Assembly: GCA_045612685.1 (NCBI GenBank)
Contig: JAZKZM010000219.1
Span: 1 to 32,681, forward strand
Source of the DNA: Elusimicrobiaceae bacterium
GTDB lineage: Bacteria; Elusimicrobiota; Elusimicrobia; Elusimicrobiales; Elusimicrobiaceae
Length of the DNA: 32,681 nucleotides
Reading direction: 5' to 3'
Within the stretch, counting starts at the first letter, position 1. Each line of letters opens with the position of its first letter. Under the pieces are notes generated by a model, which searched no databases, had not been told where the DNA came from, and saw only the letters and a list, made by a program, of their open reading frames with translations. The translations under genes and the position numbers were made by a program. Shown one piece after another: positions 8,034 to 17,076 of the stretch.

Positions 8034-9971
8034 ATGGCCGAGGAACGCACTATAACTACAGTTTTTAAGGCCGATATATCTAACTTTAGCGCAAGCACGC
8101 AACAGCTTAACAGATATGTTGCGCAAGTAAATAGTGAGTTTAGAAACGCCACGGCCTCTATGGGCAAGTGGAACGATAACGCCGAGGGCTTGCGGGCAAA
8201 GCTGGAGCAGCTTAACAAGGTGCACGATGCCGAAAGCCGAAAGCTTAAAGAGCTAGAGGCAAGCTATGCCGAGGTTGTGAGAACGCAAGGCGCTAACTCT
8301 AAAGAGGCGCAACGGCTTGCAACGGCTATTAACGAGCAAAGCGCCAAGGTTAAAGAAACAAAGAAAAATATTGATTATTACACCGATAGCTTACAGGAGC
8401 TAGAGAGGGCTGGCGTAGAAACCAAAGAGGAGCTAGCCGAGCTTAACAAAAAGCTAGAGGATCAAAAGCAAGCCGCAAAGGATTTAGGCGGCGGTATAGC
8501 CACGGGTGCGGCGGCGGGTATCGCTGGGATTGGTGCGGCGTGCATTGGTGCTATGGCTGGGCTTTCTAGCCTTGTTGAAGAAACCAAAGAGCTACGCACG
8601 CAAATGGGTATGCTGGAAAGCTCTTTTACCGAGGCGGGGCATAGTGTCGAAACGGGCGAAAAAACCTTTGGTGATCTGTTTGCAGTTTTGGGCGATAGCG
8701 GCGCAGCTACCGAGGCCTCGCTACATTTGGCCGAATTTGCAAAGAGCGAAAAGGAGCTTGAAAGCTTAACTAACTCCTTAACGGGCGCTTACTCTAAATT
8801 TGGCGCAAGCTTGCCCCTTGAAAATATAGCCGAGGGCGTAAGCACAACGCTAACGCTTAACCAAGCTAACGCTGGTATGGTTGATGCCATCGAATTTGCG
8901 GGCGGCAGCGTTGAGGATTTTAACGCTAAATTACAATCGCTTGATAGCGAGGAAGAAAAACGGGCGTTTATTTTGCAAACGCTAAACGATAGCTACGGCG
9001 AGGCTGGCGAAAAGTATAAAGAGGTTAATAAAGAGGTTTTGGCGGCGAACGAAGCCCAAAACAGATATAACCAAGCAATGGCCGATATTGCCGACAAGGT
9101 ACAGCCAGCAATGACAAGCTTTAAGCTGGCTATGGTTGGCGTTTTACAAACGGTGCTTGAGAAATTTAACGAGGTTGATTTAGAGGGGCTTATAGGCAAG
9201 ATCAGCGGCGCTATTACCTCGCTCGTTAATACTGCTTTGCCGCCTCTTATGACAGCCTTAACTTGGGTGCTTGACAATGCAAGCTGGCTTGTGCCTGTGC
9301 TCGGTGGCATCGTGGGGATCATCGGCGCTATAAGCGCTGGCATTAAAATTTATAACGGCGTTATGGCAATTGCAAAGGTTGTGCAGCTCGCTTGGAATGC
9401 GGCGCTTTTGGCTAATCCTATCGGCCTTATTATTGCGGCAATTGCCTTGCTAGTGGCTGCCTTTGTTACGCTTTGGAAAAAGTGCGATGGCTTTAGAAAT
9501 TTCTTTCTAAATATGTGGGAGGGAATAAAAAAAGCGGCCTCTGCTACTATGGAATTTTTGGGCAAGGTTTTTGGCGGCATTATCAACCTTTACAAAGGAT
9601 ATATCAACGGCATTATTAGCGGCATAAATATGGCCATTGGTTTGCTCAATAAAATTAAAATCCCCGATTGGGAGATTTTCGGCAGCTACGCTGGCAAGGG
9701 CATTAATATACCGAAGATCCCGAAACTGGCCGAGGGCGGTATAGTTGATAAGGCAACGCTTGCGATGGTAGGCGAGGCGGGGAAAGAGGCTATTATGCCT
9801 TTGGAAAATAATACGGAGTGGATCGATAAGCTGGCCGAAAAGCTCGGCGCAAGGATCGGCAACCATAGCACCACAAATAATATAACCAATGTATTTGAGC
9901 GAATGGAAACAAGCCGCCACGCTTTGCATAAGGCAAATTTGGAAACAAGGCGCATTTTAAGGGAGGTTTAA
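8034..9971 (+). CDS. Tape measure protein
   Basis: 645 aa with an N-terminal coiled coil, central Gly/Ala-rich hydrophobic segments, and the expected position. Confidence 0.9.
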   Translation: MAEERTITTVFKADISNFSASTQQLNRYVAQVNSEFRNATASMGKWNDNAEGLRAKLEQLNKVHDAESRKLKELEASYAEVVRTQGANSKEAQRLATAINEQSAKVKETKKNIDYYTDSLQELERAGVETKEELAELNKKLEDQKQAAKDLGGGIATGAAAGIAGIGAACIGAMAGLSSLVEETKELRTQMGMLESSFTEAGHSVETGEKTFGDLFAVLGDSGAATEASLHLAEFAKSEKELESLTNSLTGAYSKFGASLPLENIAEGVSTTLTLNQANAGMVDAIEFAGGSVEDFNAKLQSLDSEEEKRAFILQTLNDSYGEAGEKYKEVNKEVLAANEAQNRYNQAMADIADKVQPAMTSFKLAMVGVLQTVLEKFNEVDLEGLIGKISGAITSLVNTALPPLMTALTWVLDNASWLVPVLGGIVGIIGAISAGIKIYNGVMAIAKVVQLAWNAALLANPIGLIIAAIALLVAAFVTLWKKCDGFRNFFLNMWEGIKKAASATMEFLGKVFGGIINLYKGYINGIISGINMAIGLLNKIKIPDWEIFGSYAGKGINIPKIPKLAEGGIVDKATLAMVGEAGKEAIMPLENNTEWIDKLAEKLGARIGNHSTTNNITNVFERMETSRHALHKANLETRRILREV

Positions 9972-9974
9972 AAA

Positions 9975-10850
9975 TTGAAATTAACTTTAGTAAATAAAAA
10001 TAATCAATCTTTAGACCTCCTCGGCAACAAGGACAAATTTATTTTGACCGCCGCCGAGGGCTTGCACGGTATCGAAACCGATATAGCCGAGAGCGAAACG
10101 CCCTACACCGATGGCGCAACCGTGGAAAGCGTAAAGGCCTTGCCGAGAGGCATAGAGCTTACCTTTGCTTTGCGTGGGGATATTCAAGCTAGCATTGATG
10201 CTTTTACGGCCGTTGTAAAGAGCAAGCAGCTTGTAACCTTACAGGAGGACAAAGGCGGGCGCACGATTGCCGTTAAGGGCATTGCCACAATTACGCCTTA
10301 TAGCCGAATGCTACAAAGCTGCAAGCTCACGCTAACGCTTTATTGCGGGCAACCGTATTGGGAAGATGTTAATTATATCGTTGAAACAATAAGCGAATTT
10401 TTGGCGTTGCTTTGCTTTCCCCAAGCTGGGCAGTATTTCACCGAATACGGGCGGCCTTTCGGCGCTATTGATACAAACCTAACCAAGAGCTTTTTTAACG
10501 CCAGCGATACGGCCGTAGGGATGCGCATTGAAATGCTTGCTATAGGCGAGGTTGTCAAGCCTCGCATAAGTTGTAGCACGGGCGAGCAAAACGGCTGGTA
10601 TATGCAATTAAATTTAACGCTTGCCGCCGATGATCTGCTTGTTATTGATACGGCCAAAGGCAGAAAGAGCATAACCATTAACGGCCTTGACACCTACGGA
10701 GGCGAGCCGATCCTAAACAAGCTGGAATGGCTGGGCGATGAGTGGCTACAGCTTGAAACGGGCACAAATACTTTTAGCGTTACCACCGAGGGCGGCGCTA
10801 CCAATAGCAATTTGCATTTTTCGCTAATTTATAAAGGGCGGTATGAGTGA
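9975..10850 (+). CDS. Distal tail protein (Dit)
   Basis: 291 aa directly after the tape measure gene; TTG start with SD GGGAGG. Confidence 0.7.
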   Translation: MKLTLVNKNNQSLDLLGNKDKFILTAAEGLHGIETDIAESETPYTDGATVESVKALPRGIELTFALRGDIQASIDAFTAVVKSKQLVTLQEDKGGRTIAVKGIATITPYSRMLQSCKLTLTLYCGQPYWEDVNYIVETISEFLALLCFPQAGQYFTEYGRPFGAIDTNLTKSFFNASDTAVGMRIEMLAIGEVVKPRISCSTGEQNGWYMQLNLTLAADDLLVIDTAKGRKSITINGLDTYGGEPILNKLEWLGDEWLQLETGTNTFSVTTEGGATNSNLHFSLIYKGRYE

Positions 10851-11920
10851 TGATACCTTATCTAGAAATTAGAGATAAATACACGCTTAAAGCGCTTGCG
10901 CTGGTTGAGCCGCAAGAGTGCTGGTTTGAATTGAGCTATCAAGAGGTAGGCCAATGCGAAATTTATTGTAGCGCCACAAAAGCCAATTTAAGCGCTCTGC
11001 AAAAGGGGCGTTTCGTGACGATCCCAAACAAGCGCTTTATTTGGATCATAACGGCGGTGCAATACACGCTTACCGAGGGCGGCGCACGGATGATAAGCGC
11101 CAGAGGCTACGAGGCTAAATGGCTATTAAGCAAGCGGTGCATTTTAACGCCTAAAGAGCTAAACGGCACGATAACAAGCGCCGTTTACGGCCTTGTTAAT
11201 AGCGCATTAGGCACGGCGGCAACGGCCGAGCGATCTATAAAGGATCAAAACGGAATTAGCAAGTTTTTTGTATCAACAAATAAGCTGCTAATTGATATTA
11301 GCGGCACGCAAGCGCCGAGGGGCAATTTGCTGGAATTTGTAAGCGCATTGCTAACGCAATACAATTGCGGCCATATTGTTGAGCTTGCAAACAATCAGCT
11401 TATTTACCGAATTTTCACGGGTGCGGTAAAGGTTGCAAGCGTTGTTTTTGCGCAAAGCCTAGATAACTTGCTTACAAGCTCTTATTTAAGCGATGATGCC
11501 GAGAAAGCCACAAGCGCCCTAGTGGTTAGCACCGTTGAGGATGTGGAATACACCAAAGCGCACGATAGCGGCGCTACAGGCATTGACCGTGCCGAGGTTG
11601 TTTTAGAGAGCAATATTAGCACTAAATACGAGGATGCCAACGGCGCCGAAAAGGAAACAACGCCAGATAGCGACCTATATCAAGGCTGGATGCTGGAGGA
11701 GGGCAAAAAGGCGCTTGCCGAGCGCATAACGCTGGAGGAGATCGCCGCCGAGCTTGATTTGCTCAATTCACGATATGCCTTTGATGTTGATTATTTTTTA
11801 GGCGATATGGTGCGGGCGAGAGATGAATTTTTTGGCTTTACGGTAGATGCCGTAATTAGAAAGTACACCATTAAACAAGATGCCAACGGCTACGGCGAGG
11901 AGGCCGAATATGGGAGGTAA
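10847..11920 (+). CDS. Tail hub/tail-associated protein (Siphovirus Gp37-like)
   Basis: 357 aa after Dit with a Gp37-like N-terminal pattern. The start could be GTG 10847 or ATG 10850. Confidence 0.55.
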   Translation: MMIPYLEIRDKYTLKALALVEPQECWFELSYQEVGQCEIYCSATKANLSALQKGRFVTIPNKRFIWIITAVQYTLTEGGARMISARGYEAKWLLSKRCILTPKELNGTITSAVYGLVNSALGTAATAERSIKDQNGISKFFVSTNKLLIDISGTQAPRGNLLEFVSALLTQYNCGHIVELANNQLIYRIFTGAVKVASVVFAQSLDNLLTSSYLSDDAEKATSALVVSTVEDVEYTKAHDSGATGIDRAEVVLESNISTKYEDANGAEKETTPDSDLYQGWMLEEGKKALAERITLEEIAAELDLLNSRYAFDVDYFLGDMVRARDEFFGFTVDAVIRKYTIKQDANGYGEEAEYGR

Positions 11921-11923
11921 AAA

Positions 11924-13594
11924 ATGAGTAAAGCACTATTTTTTAACGCATTGCCGAGCGAAACGAGCCAAACGGGTTATGATCGCAATTATAACGCAGA
12001 TGATTTGAGCGATTTTTTAAGCATTGTTTGCGATATTGGCGTAGTAAAGAGCAATAACGATGCAAGCGGCACGCCGCAAGGCTTAAAGGTTGTAGCCTCT
12101 AGCGGTATGACCGTTAATGTTAATGCTGGTAAGGCGGTTATTAAGGGCAAGGCCTTTATTAACGAGGCGCTTGCTAGCTTTGTTGTTGCCGCAAACGGAA
12201 CGGCGGCCATCCGTTACGATTTGCTTGTTATTAAATTTGACAACAACATAAGCGCCCGCAATATTACGCTTGAATTGCGCACAGGCACAACGGCCAAGCC
12301 TACCGTTGCGAGCTTGACTAGAAACGATAAAGTATACGAGCTGCTTTTGGCCTATATCGAGGTTGCGCCGAGCGCTACCAGCATTGCGCAAACAAACATT
12401 ACCGACACCAGAGGAGATGCCGAGCTTTGCCCGTGGTTTACAGCCGTAAAGGGCTATGATGATTATTACGATGCAATTTTGCAAACGCACGAAAGCACCG
12501 TAACCTTGCCGAGCGCCACCGATACCGTTGTAACGGATCTGCCTAGCTCGCTCTTTAACGGCAAATATTCTTTGATTGATGTATACACCAACGGCATTAA
12601 AGAGGCCGAGAGCGCCTTTACTGCCTCGGTAAGCGGCGGCTTTATCGTTGTTAAATTTGCGGCGCAAAAGGGCGCTGGGCAAAAGGTAACGGTTGTGCTT
12701 AATAACTTTGTTGATGGCGAGGGAATGAGCACGGCGCTTGCGCAATATACGCAGCTTTTGCAAGATGTGGCCGACCTTAAAGGCGCTGGCGAATTTAACT
12801 ATATTTGCAACGGGGTTAATGATAATATTTTAATATCCAACCTTGTTAGAGCCTTTTATAGCACCGATGATTACAGCAGCTTGAAAATCAATGTTATTGG
12901 CAATATTGGTATAGCTGGCGCATTTGGCGGCACGGGAACAAGCGCAGATGCTTTTATTTGGTTTAACTTTATGAGCCCCAGCTTTACAAATAGAGTGGCA
13001 ACGGTAGACTTTACCAGAGCGAGCGCAATTTTACCGCCAATAGCTGGCGGCAAGAGTAATGTTATTTTTCGCACAAACAAAATTAATATTATTGGCGCTA
13101 ATGTTTTCGCCAGCGAAACGGATGTTGGCACAGTAATTAGAGTGGCTAACGCATCAAGCGGCGCAATCAAATACGAGAATTGCCGTTTTTGGATTACTGC
13201 TTATCAAGATAGCTATATTGCACTTCACGGCACTTTCACTAATTGCCGGGGATTTGTAGCCAACACGATTAACAATAGTTATTGCTTTTCTGCCTCCTAT
13301 AGCGATAGCTTTGTAAAGCTCAATGGTGGCGAGTATTACGCCTACACGGGCGATGCAAACCGCCAAAGCGCAATTGTTGGGCAAAGCGGTGCGGATGCGG
13401 TATGCATCTTATACGGCGTTAGCGCACCTACGCAAGCACGATCTGGCTATTATCAAACAAATTCACTTTTGCAATGGGTAGGCGGCGGCGAGCTACGCTG
13501 CACCGACCTAATGAGCGAATTGCCTATGATCGTTGTTGCTGGCATAGCAGAGATTAGAGGAACAATAACAAAGAGTAAAGCCAATGTGGTTTAA
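11924..13594 (+). CDS. Tail fibre / receptor-binding protein
   Basis: 556 aa, last gene of the tail module. Its N-terminal pattern is typical of Firmicutes phage minor structural/fibre proteins. Confidence 0.6.
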   Translation: MSKALFFNALPSETSQTGYDRNYNADDLSDFLSIVCDIGVVKSNNDASGTPQGLKVVASSGMTVNVNAGKAVIKGKAFINEALASFVVAANGTAAIRYDLLVIKFDNNISARNITLELRTGTTAKPTVASLTRNDKVYELLLAYIEVAPSATSIAQTNITDTRGDAELCPWFTAVKGYDDYYDAILQTHESTVTLPSATDTVVTDLPSSLFNGKYSLIDVYTNGIKEAESAFTASVSGGFIVVKFAAQKGAGQKVTVVLNNFVDGEGMSTALAQYTQLLQDVADLKGAGEFNYICNGVNDNILISNLVRAFYSTDDYSSLKINVIGNIGIAGAFGGTGTSADAFIWFNFMSPSFTNRVATVDFTRASAILPPIAGGKSNVIFRTNKINIIGANVFASETDVGTVIRVANASSGAIKYENCRFWITAYQDSYIALHGTFTNCRGFVANTINNSYCFSASYSDSFVKLNGGEYYAYTGDANRQSAIVGQSGADAVCILYGVSAPTQARSGYYQTNSLLQWVGGGELRCTDLMSELPMIVVAGIAEIRGTITKSKANVV

Positions 13595-13601
13595 TATGTG
13601 A

Positions 13602-13619
13602 AATATACGGGTAATATAC
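13602..13619 (+). repeat. Pair of AATATAC(R) direct repeats 11 bp apart (putative integrase arm-type sites, one arm)
   Basis: AATATAC at 13602-13608 and 13613-13619. Confidence 0.5.
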
Positions 13620-13692
13620 AAATGCCCGTAGAAAGCCTATTTTATCGCATTCAACGGCTTTGTTCTTGAAAGCACACGGATAAACAAACAAA

Positions 13693-13731
13693 CCCCATAA
13701 AGCCTTTTATATCAAGGTTTTGTGGGGTTTT
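13693..13731. terminator. Bidirectional intrinsic terminator between the tail operon (+) and the int operon (-)
   Basis: A 14-bp stem, CCCCATAAAGCCTT / AAGGTTTTGTGGGG with 2 GU pairs, and a 7-nt loop. TTTT follows on the + strand and TTTGTTTGTTT follows on the - strand. Confidence 0.75.
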
Positions 13732-13775
13732 AATATTCTGCAAAATAGCATAAAAAAGCACGAAATAACGCTTAT

Positions 13776-13793
13776 AATATACAAGCAATATAC
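13776..13793 (+). repeat. Second pair of AATATAC(A) direct repeats 11 bp apart (putative arm-type sites, other arm)
   Basis: AATATAC at 13776-13782 and 13787-13793, in the same orientation as the first pair. Confidence 0.5.
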
Positions 13794-13797
13794 ACGG

Positions 13798-14838
13798 TTA
13801 ATAGCTAAATAGATCAATCGCTTTTATTAGATCCTCTGTATTTGTATCGGTGTAATGCTCTGTTATATCTGCATCGCTATGCCCTACAATGCGCTTGACG
13901 GTTAAACGGTCAATATTTAATCGGTGCGCCTGTGATATAAAGGTGTGCCGTGTTTCGTGCAGCGTGTGGTTTATTCCGTGCTTTTCGGCAAAAGGGTTGT
14001 ACCGATCCTTACGGAAAGTATCAGCGCCAAAGCCACGGCCTAAACTATTAACAAAGAGGCACGGTTTATTTGCGCTATAATGCTTTTGGATAATTGGCAA
14101 TATTTCTTTGCTTATCGGCACAAAACGAATGCCCGAGGGCGTTTTAGATTTTTCAATAAAAAGCAGCCTTTCGGCTATATTTACATTTTCCGTTTTTAGC
14201 TCTACTAGCTCGCTTATGCGCATTCCCGTATACAAAAGCACTAAAAGCATATCGGCTACAATGTGGCCTTGCATCGCCCATATTTGGGCGATCTCTTTTT
14301 TTGTAAATGGTATTTTATCGGTTTTCTTTTCTACTTTCGGGATCTCTATAAAATCGCTATATTTCTTGTCGCAAATATCGTGCTTTAAGGCGTATGCGTA
14401 TAATTGCGAAAAAAAGACCTTAAAAGAGGCTACATAAGAGGCCGTTTTGTTTTCATCAACAAGCGCCTGTAAATGCGCCGTTTTTATATCCTTAAACGGC
14501 AAATTATAAAGGCTTTCGCACTTGCGGTAAAGCATCGTATAGTTTTTAGCGGTTGATGTTGCTATTTTTTCGTACTTGCGTGCGCTCCATTCAGCATACA
14601 CCTCGTTAAATGTTGTTTTGTTGCTTACCCCGTAAGGGTTTTTATTATACTCAACAAGGCAAGCCAAAGCCTCGGTGCGCTTTTCAAAATAGCCTATATA
14701 TTTATATTTTTGCCTGTATTGCATTACGCCGTTTACCTCGCCCTTTTCATCATACCCAGCCGTAACACGCACGGCAAATGGCTTGCGGCGTTTCTTGCCG
14801 AGGTTAATAATTGAGCCGTAGCCGTTGGCAAATCTCAT
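13798..14838 (-). CDS. int: Tyrosine integrase with N-terminal arm-binding (AP2-like) domain
   Basis: 346 aa with catalytic signatures GMRISEL, HETRHTF and GHSD..TEHYT. Confidence 0.9.
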   Translation of the reverse strand: MRFANGYGSIINLGKKRRKPFAVRVTAGYDEKGEVNGVMQYRQKYKYIGYFEKRTEALACLVEYNKNPYGVSNKTTFNEVYAEWSARKYEKIATSTAKNYTMLYRKCESLYNLPFKDIKTAHLQALVDENKTASYVASFKVFFSQLYAYALKHDICDKKYSDFIEIPKVEKKTDKIPFTKKEIAQIWAMQGHIVADMLLVLLYTGMRISELVELKTENVNIAERLLFIEKSKTPSGIRFVPISKEILPIIQKHYSANKPCLFVNSLGRGFGADTFRKDRYNPFAEKHGINHTLHETRHTFISQAHRLNIDRLTVKRIVGHSDADITEHYTDTNTEDLIKAIDLFSY

Positions 14839-15005
14839 AAGCCGATATATTCCTTTACCTTTTCTGGATAAATAATGTAGGTGTATTTGCTAGATGTTTT
14901 TACGGCTGATCCAAAGGGCAGCGCTCCCCGTTGCAACCCAATACGCACGCTTTGCGGGCTAACGCCTAAAGCCTCGGCCACCTCGTTTACCGTTATTTTC
15001 CCCAT
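14835..15005 (-). CDS. xis: Excisionase-family HTH DNA-binding protein (56 aa, not in the ORF track)
   Basis: Hand translation gives MGKITVNEVAEALGVSPQSVRIGLQRGALPFG.... The stop overlaps the int start codon. Confidence 0.6.
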   Translation of the reverse strand: MGKITVNEVAEALGVSPQSVRIGLQRGALPFGSAVKTSSKYTYIIYPEKVKEYIGL

Positions 15006-15011
15006 TTCTTT

Positions 15012-15338
15012 TTAATCCTCCATATCAAGATATATTTTCATAATCTCTTTATAGGCTTGCGCCTTTTCCTCGGCGCTTATTGTTTCATCGGCAAAAAGCA
15101 CTTTGGCACGGGCTACCAGATCTACGGCGGCGCTACCGCCAAAGCCGAAATACTCTAGATTAACGCCTAGCGCCTCGCTTATGGCCTCTAGCTCCTTTAT
15201 GTGCGGCGATCTGCGGCCGATCTCATAATTAGAGATAGTGGCACGCTTTACCTTTAATTTTTCGGCAAGCTGTTGCTGTGTTAAGCCTCTTGTTTTTCGT
15301 AAAATTTTAATCTTTTGGCCTATTTCCTCTTTTTCCAA
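15012..15338 (-). CDS. XRE/cI-type HTH repressor, short form without S24 peptidase domain
   Basis: Contains LRKTRGLTQQQLAEKLKVKRATISNYEIG. TTG start with SD GGAGGTG. It diverges from the early genes. Confidence 0.8.
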   Translation of the reverse strand: MEKEEIGQKIKILRKTRGLTQQQLAEKLKVKRATISNYEIGRRSPHIKELEAISEALGVNLEYFGFGGSAAVDLVARAKVLFADETISAEEKAQAYKEIMKIYLDMED

Positions 15339-15350
15339 AATTTACACCTC

Positions 15351-15364
15351 CAAACAAGTGTTTG
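15351..15364. promoter_or_regulatory. Perfect 6-2-6 palindrome CAAACAAGTGTTTG in the repressor leader (putative operator)
   Basis: Read directly; lies 13 bp upstream of the repressor start codon. Confidence 0.45.
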
Positions 15365-15381
15365 CATTTGCTAAAATAAAA

Positions 15382-15397
15382 GCAACGAAACGCAACA
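15382..15397 (+). repeat. Triple-pentamer motif copy 2 (GCAAC GAAAC GCAAC A) in the divergent immunity region
   Basis: Read directly. Confidence 0.9.
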
Positions 15398-15457
15398 ATT
15401 TATTTATAGGGTAACACAAAAAATTTACTTTAGGCAAGAGAGGGGCAATATGTTTTT

Positions 15458-15649
15458 ATGGCGAAAAAATTTTTTTTAGAAAGAAATATGGAAATATTAA
15501 AAAATAACCGTGAAAAAACAAAGGGCGATTTGTTGAGAATGTTTGAGCTAATAACATATTTGGCCGTAAATCAAGAGATCACGCTTGACGAGGCCGAGCA
15601 CCACGCCTATTTATTATTTAAGATGCTGGAGGAGGTGGGGGAGAGTTAA
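15458..15649 (+). CDS. Hypothetical early protein (63 aa)
   Basis: ORF diverging from the repressor gene; no recognisable HTH. Confidence 0.45.
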   Translation: MAKKFFLERNMEILKNNREKTKGDLLRMFELITYLAVNQEITLDEAEHHAYLLFKMLEEVGES

Positions 15650-15690
15650 GCCCTTGCGTTTATGAACGAATTGTAAATAGTAAAAATATT

Positions 15691-15703
15691 TCACATAATG
15701 TGA
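15691..15703. promoter_or_regulatory. Perfect 6-1-6 palindrome TCACATAATGTGA just upstream of the -35 (putative operator)
   Basis: Read directly. Confidence 0.5.
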
Positions 15704-15712
15704 AAAAAACTA

Positions 15713-15741
15713 TTGACAAAGTAAAAAAACTATGGTAAAAT
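15713..15741 (+). promoter_or_regulatory. Near-consensus sigma-A promoter: TTGACA, 17-nt spacer, TGgTAAAAT (extended -10)
   Basis: -35 at 15713-15718, TG at 15733-15734, -10 at 15736-15741. Confidence 0.7.
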
Positions 15742-15795
15742 AGTATCAAGAAACAACCGAACAGATGTTCGGTAAAATGAAAGGTAAAAAAGAAA

Positions 15796-15939
15796 ATGAA
15801 ACATTATTACAGAGTAGATGTGATCGAGGAAAAAGAAATCATAAGCGTGTTTGCAAGCGAAGATTACGAAGAGGCTTGCCGAGTGTACGATGTATGGGCG
15901 CAGACACACGCAGTAATGATGCACGAAATCAACCTTTAA
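15796..15939 (+). CDS. Small hypothetical protein (47 aa, not in track)
   Basis: MKHYYRVDVIEEKEIISVFASEDYEEACRVYDVWAQTHAVMMHEINL. It lies downstream of the promoter and is more plausible than the Arg-rich 15765-15965 track ORF. Confidence 0.45.
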   Translation: MKHYYRVDVIEEKEIISVFASEDYEEACRVYDVWAQTHAVMMHEINL

Positions 15940-15978
15940 TAAACCAGCCGAGGGCGGCGGCTTAAAACCGCCCACAAA

Positions 15979-15994
15979 GCTACACAACGCAACA
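15979..15994 (+). repeat. Triple-pentamer motif copy 3 (GCTAC ACAAC GCAAC A)
   Basis: Read directly; 24 nt upstream of ATG 16019. Confidence 0.9.
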
Positions 15995-16018
15995 TTATAA
16001 AACGAAAGGTAACAGGAA

Positions 16019-16222
16019 ATGAAAAACGGAAGAATTTACAACAACGCAATTTACGGCTTTAAGAGAGTTAACGGCGAGCTTATCGCTTGCGTTTGCAACG
16101 GTGGCAAGCCCTACGAGTTTAAGCTTACAGGCAAGAGCGTTACGGCGTGCGTAAAGGAAATGCGCAAGGCTGGCATTGTTGTTATGGATTATGCAATAGC
16201 ATCGCTCAAAACATACTTTTAA
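16019..16222 (+). CDS. Hypothetical protein (67 aa)
   Basis: ORF co-oriented with the early operon. Confidence 0.5.
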   Translation: MKNGRIYNNAIYGFKRVNGELIACVCNGGKPYEFKLTGKSVTACVKEMRKAGIVVMDYAIASLKTYF

Positions 16223-16229
16223 TCTAAAA

Positions 16230-16245
16230 GCTACACAACGCAACA
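16230..16245 (+). repeat. Triple-pentamer motif copy 4 (GCTAC ACAAC GCAAC A)
   Basis: About 20 nt (AAAGCTACACAACGCAACAT) are identical to copy 3; followed by AAAGGAGG and ATG 16265. Confidence 0.9.
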
Positions 16246-16264
16246 TAAACAAAGGAGGCAACCA

Positions 16265-16402
16265 ATGTTTAGAGTTATTAAGAGGCTTTTTAAAAAGCAA
16301 CCGCCTAAAGCGGTTGTGCATAGCAAAGGCAAGGTTTATGAGTTTTCAACGCTGGAGCAAGCTATGGCATTTGTAATGCGCAAAAAGGGGGTGAGAATTT
16401 GA
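16265..16402 (+). CDS. Small hypothetical protein (45 aa, not in track)
   Basis: Strong SD AAAGGAGG 8 nt upstream. The stop overlaps the TTG start of the next gene. Confidence 0.5.
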   Translation: MFRVIKRLFKKQPPKAVVHSKGKVYEFSTLEQAMAFVMRKKGVRI

Positions 16403-16794
16403 AAAAGGAGCTATTAAAGCTTATAGCGCTAAAGGGGCGAAAGGCCGAGGCGCTGGCCGATGCTATTATAGCGGCTGGCTGGCGCAAGCTGCCCGTTAGC
16501 GTAGGGCAAACGGTGTGGGTGCTAGAGGTATCAAACTTTAACGAAAAGCACGCTATTTGCCCTTACAAGGTGGCCGAAATCCACGAGCGAGAGGCTGGCT
16601 TTGTAACCTTTGTGGCCGATAAGCTCTATAGCGGCGGTGGGCGGTATTCTTTCACATTTGCCGAGGCTGCCGTAGGCGCTAGCGTTTTTGCAACCGAGGC
16701 CGATGCTATTAAAGCTTATCTAAAGCATTTTAGGCAATACGGCGCAATGCCAGATTATCCAATGCTTGAAAACGGAAAGGAGAAATTTAATTGA
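16399..16794 (+). CDS. Hypothetical protein (131 aa)
   Basis: ORF in the operon, TTG start. Confidence 0.55.
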   Translation: MKKELLKLIALKGRKAEALADAIIAAGWRKLPVSVGQTVWVLEVSNFNEKHAICPYKVAEIHEREAGFVTFVADKLYSGGGRYSFTFAEAAVGASVFATEADAIKAYLKHFRQYGAMPDYPMLENGKEKFN

Positions 16795-16997
16795 AAAACA
16801 AAGAGCTAATTATCCTACGCATTAACCACGATCTTACACAGCCAGAAATGGCGGCCGAGTGCGGCGTAAGCACCACAACCTACAATTTGATCGAGAACGG
16901 CAAGCGCCGAGGATCTAAAGCCTTTTGGCAAAGCTTGCAAAGCAAATTTGGCTTGGATGGTGAGCAAATGTGGAAACTGCAAAACCAAGAAATTTAA
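16791..16997 (+). CDS. Small XRE-family HTH protein (Cro-like)
   Basis: Contains LTQPEMAAECGVSTTTYNLIENGKR. Confidence 0.65.
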   Translation: MKNKELIILRINHDLTQPEMAAECGVSTTTYNLIENGKRRGSKAFWQSLQSKFGLDGEQMWKLQNQEI

Positions 16998-17038
16998 GGC
17001 TACTAACCAACAAACAAAGCAAAGCGCACGCATTTAAT

Positions 17039-17054
17039 GCGCCGCAACGCAACA
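17039..17054 (+). repeat. Triple-pentamer motif copy 5 (GCGCC GCAAC GCAAC A)
   Basis: Read directly; 22 nt upstream of the erf ATG. Confidence 0.9.
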
Positions 17055-17076
17055 AAAAACCAAAAGGAGGCACAAT

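Noticed and set aside
8506-8769. 87-aa alternative-frame ORF inside the tape measure gene
   Set aside because: It is an Arg/Leu-rich frame artefact of the Gly/Ala-rich tape measure region.
15765-15965. 66-aa Arg/Lys-rich ORF from the track
   Set aside because: Its composition looks like an out-of-frame artefact. The 47-aa ORF at 15796-15939 in another frame is more plausible, though it is itself uncertain.
15940-15975. Intrinsic terminator after the 47-aa ORF (GGGCGG...CCGCCC hairpin)
   Set aside because: It has a 6-bp stem with a 10-nt loop and no downstream U tract, so it is not a convincing terminator.
15995-16321. 108-aa minus-strand ORF in the early region
   Set aside because: It opposes a co-directional operon and overlaps two + strand ORFs that have canonical SD sequences (16019 and 16265).
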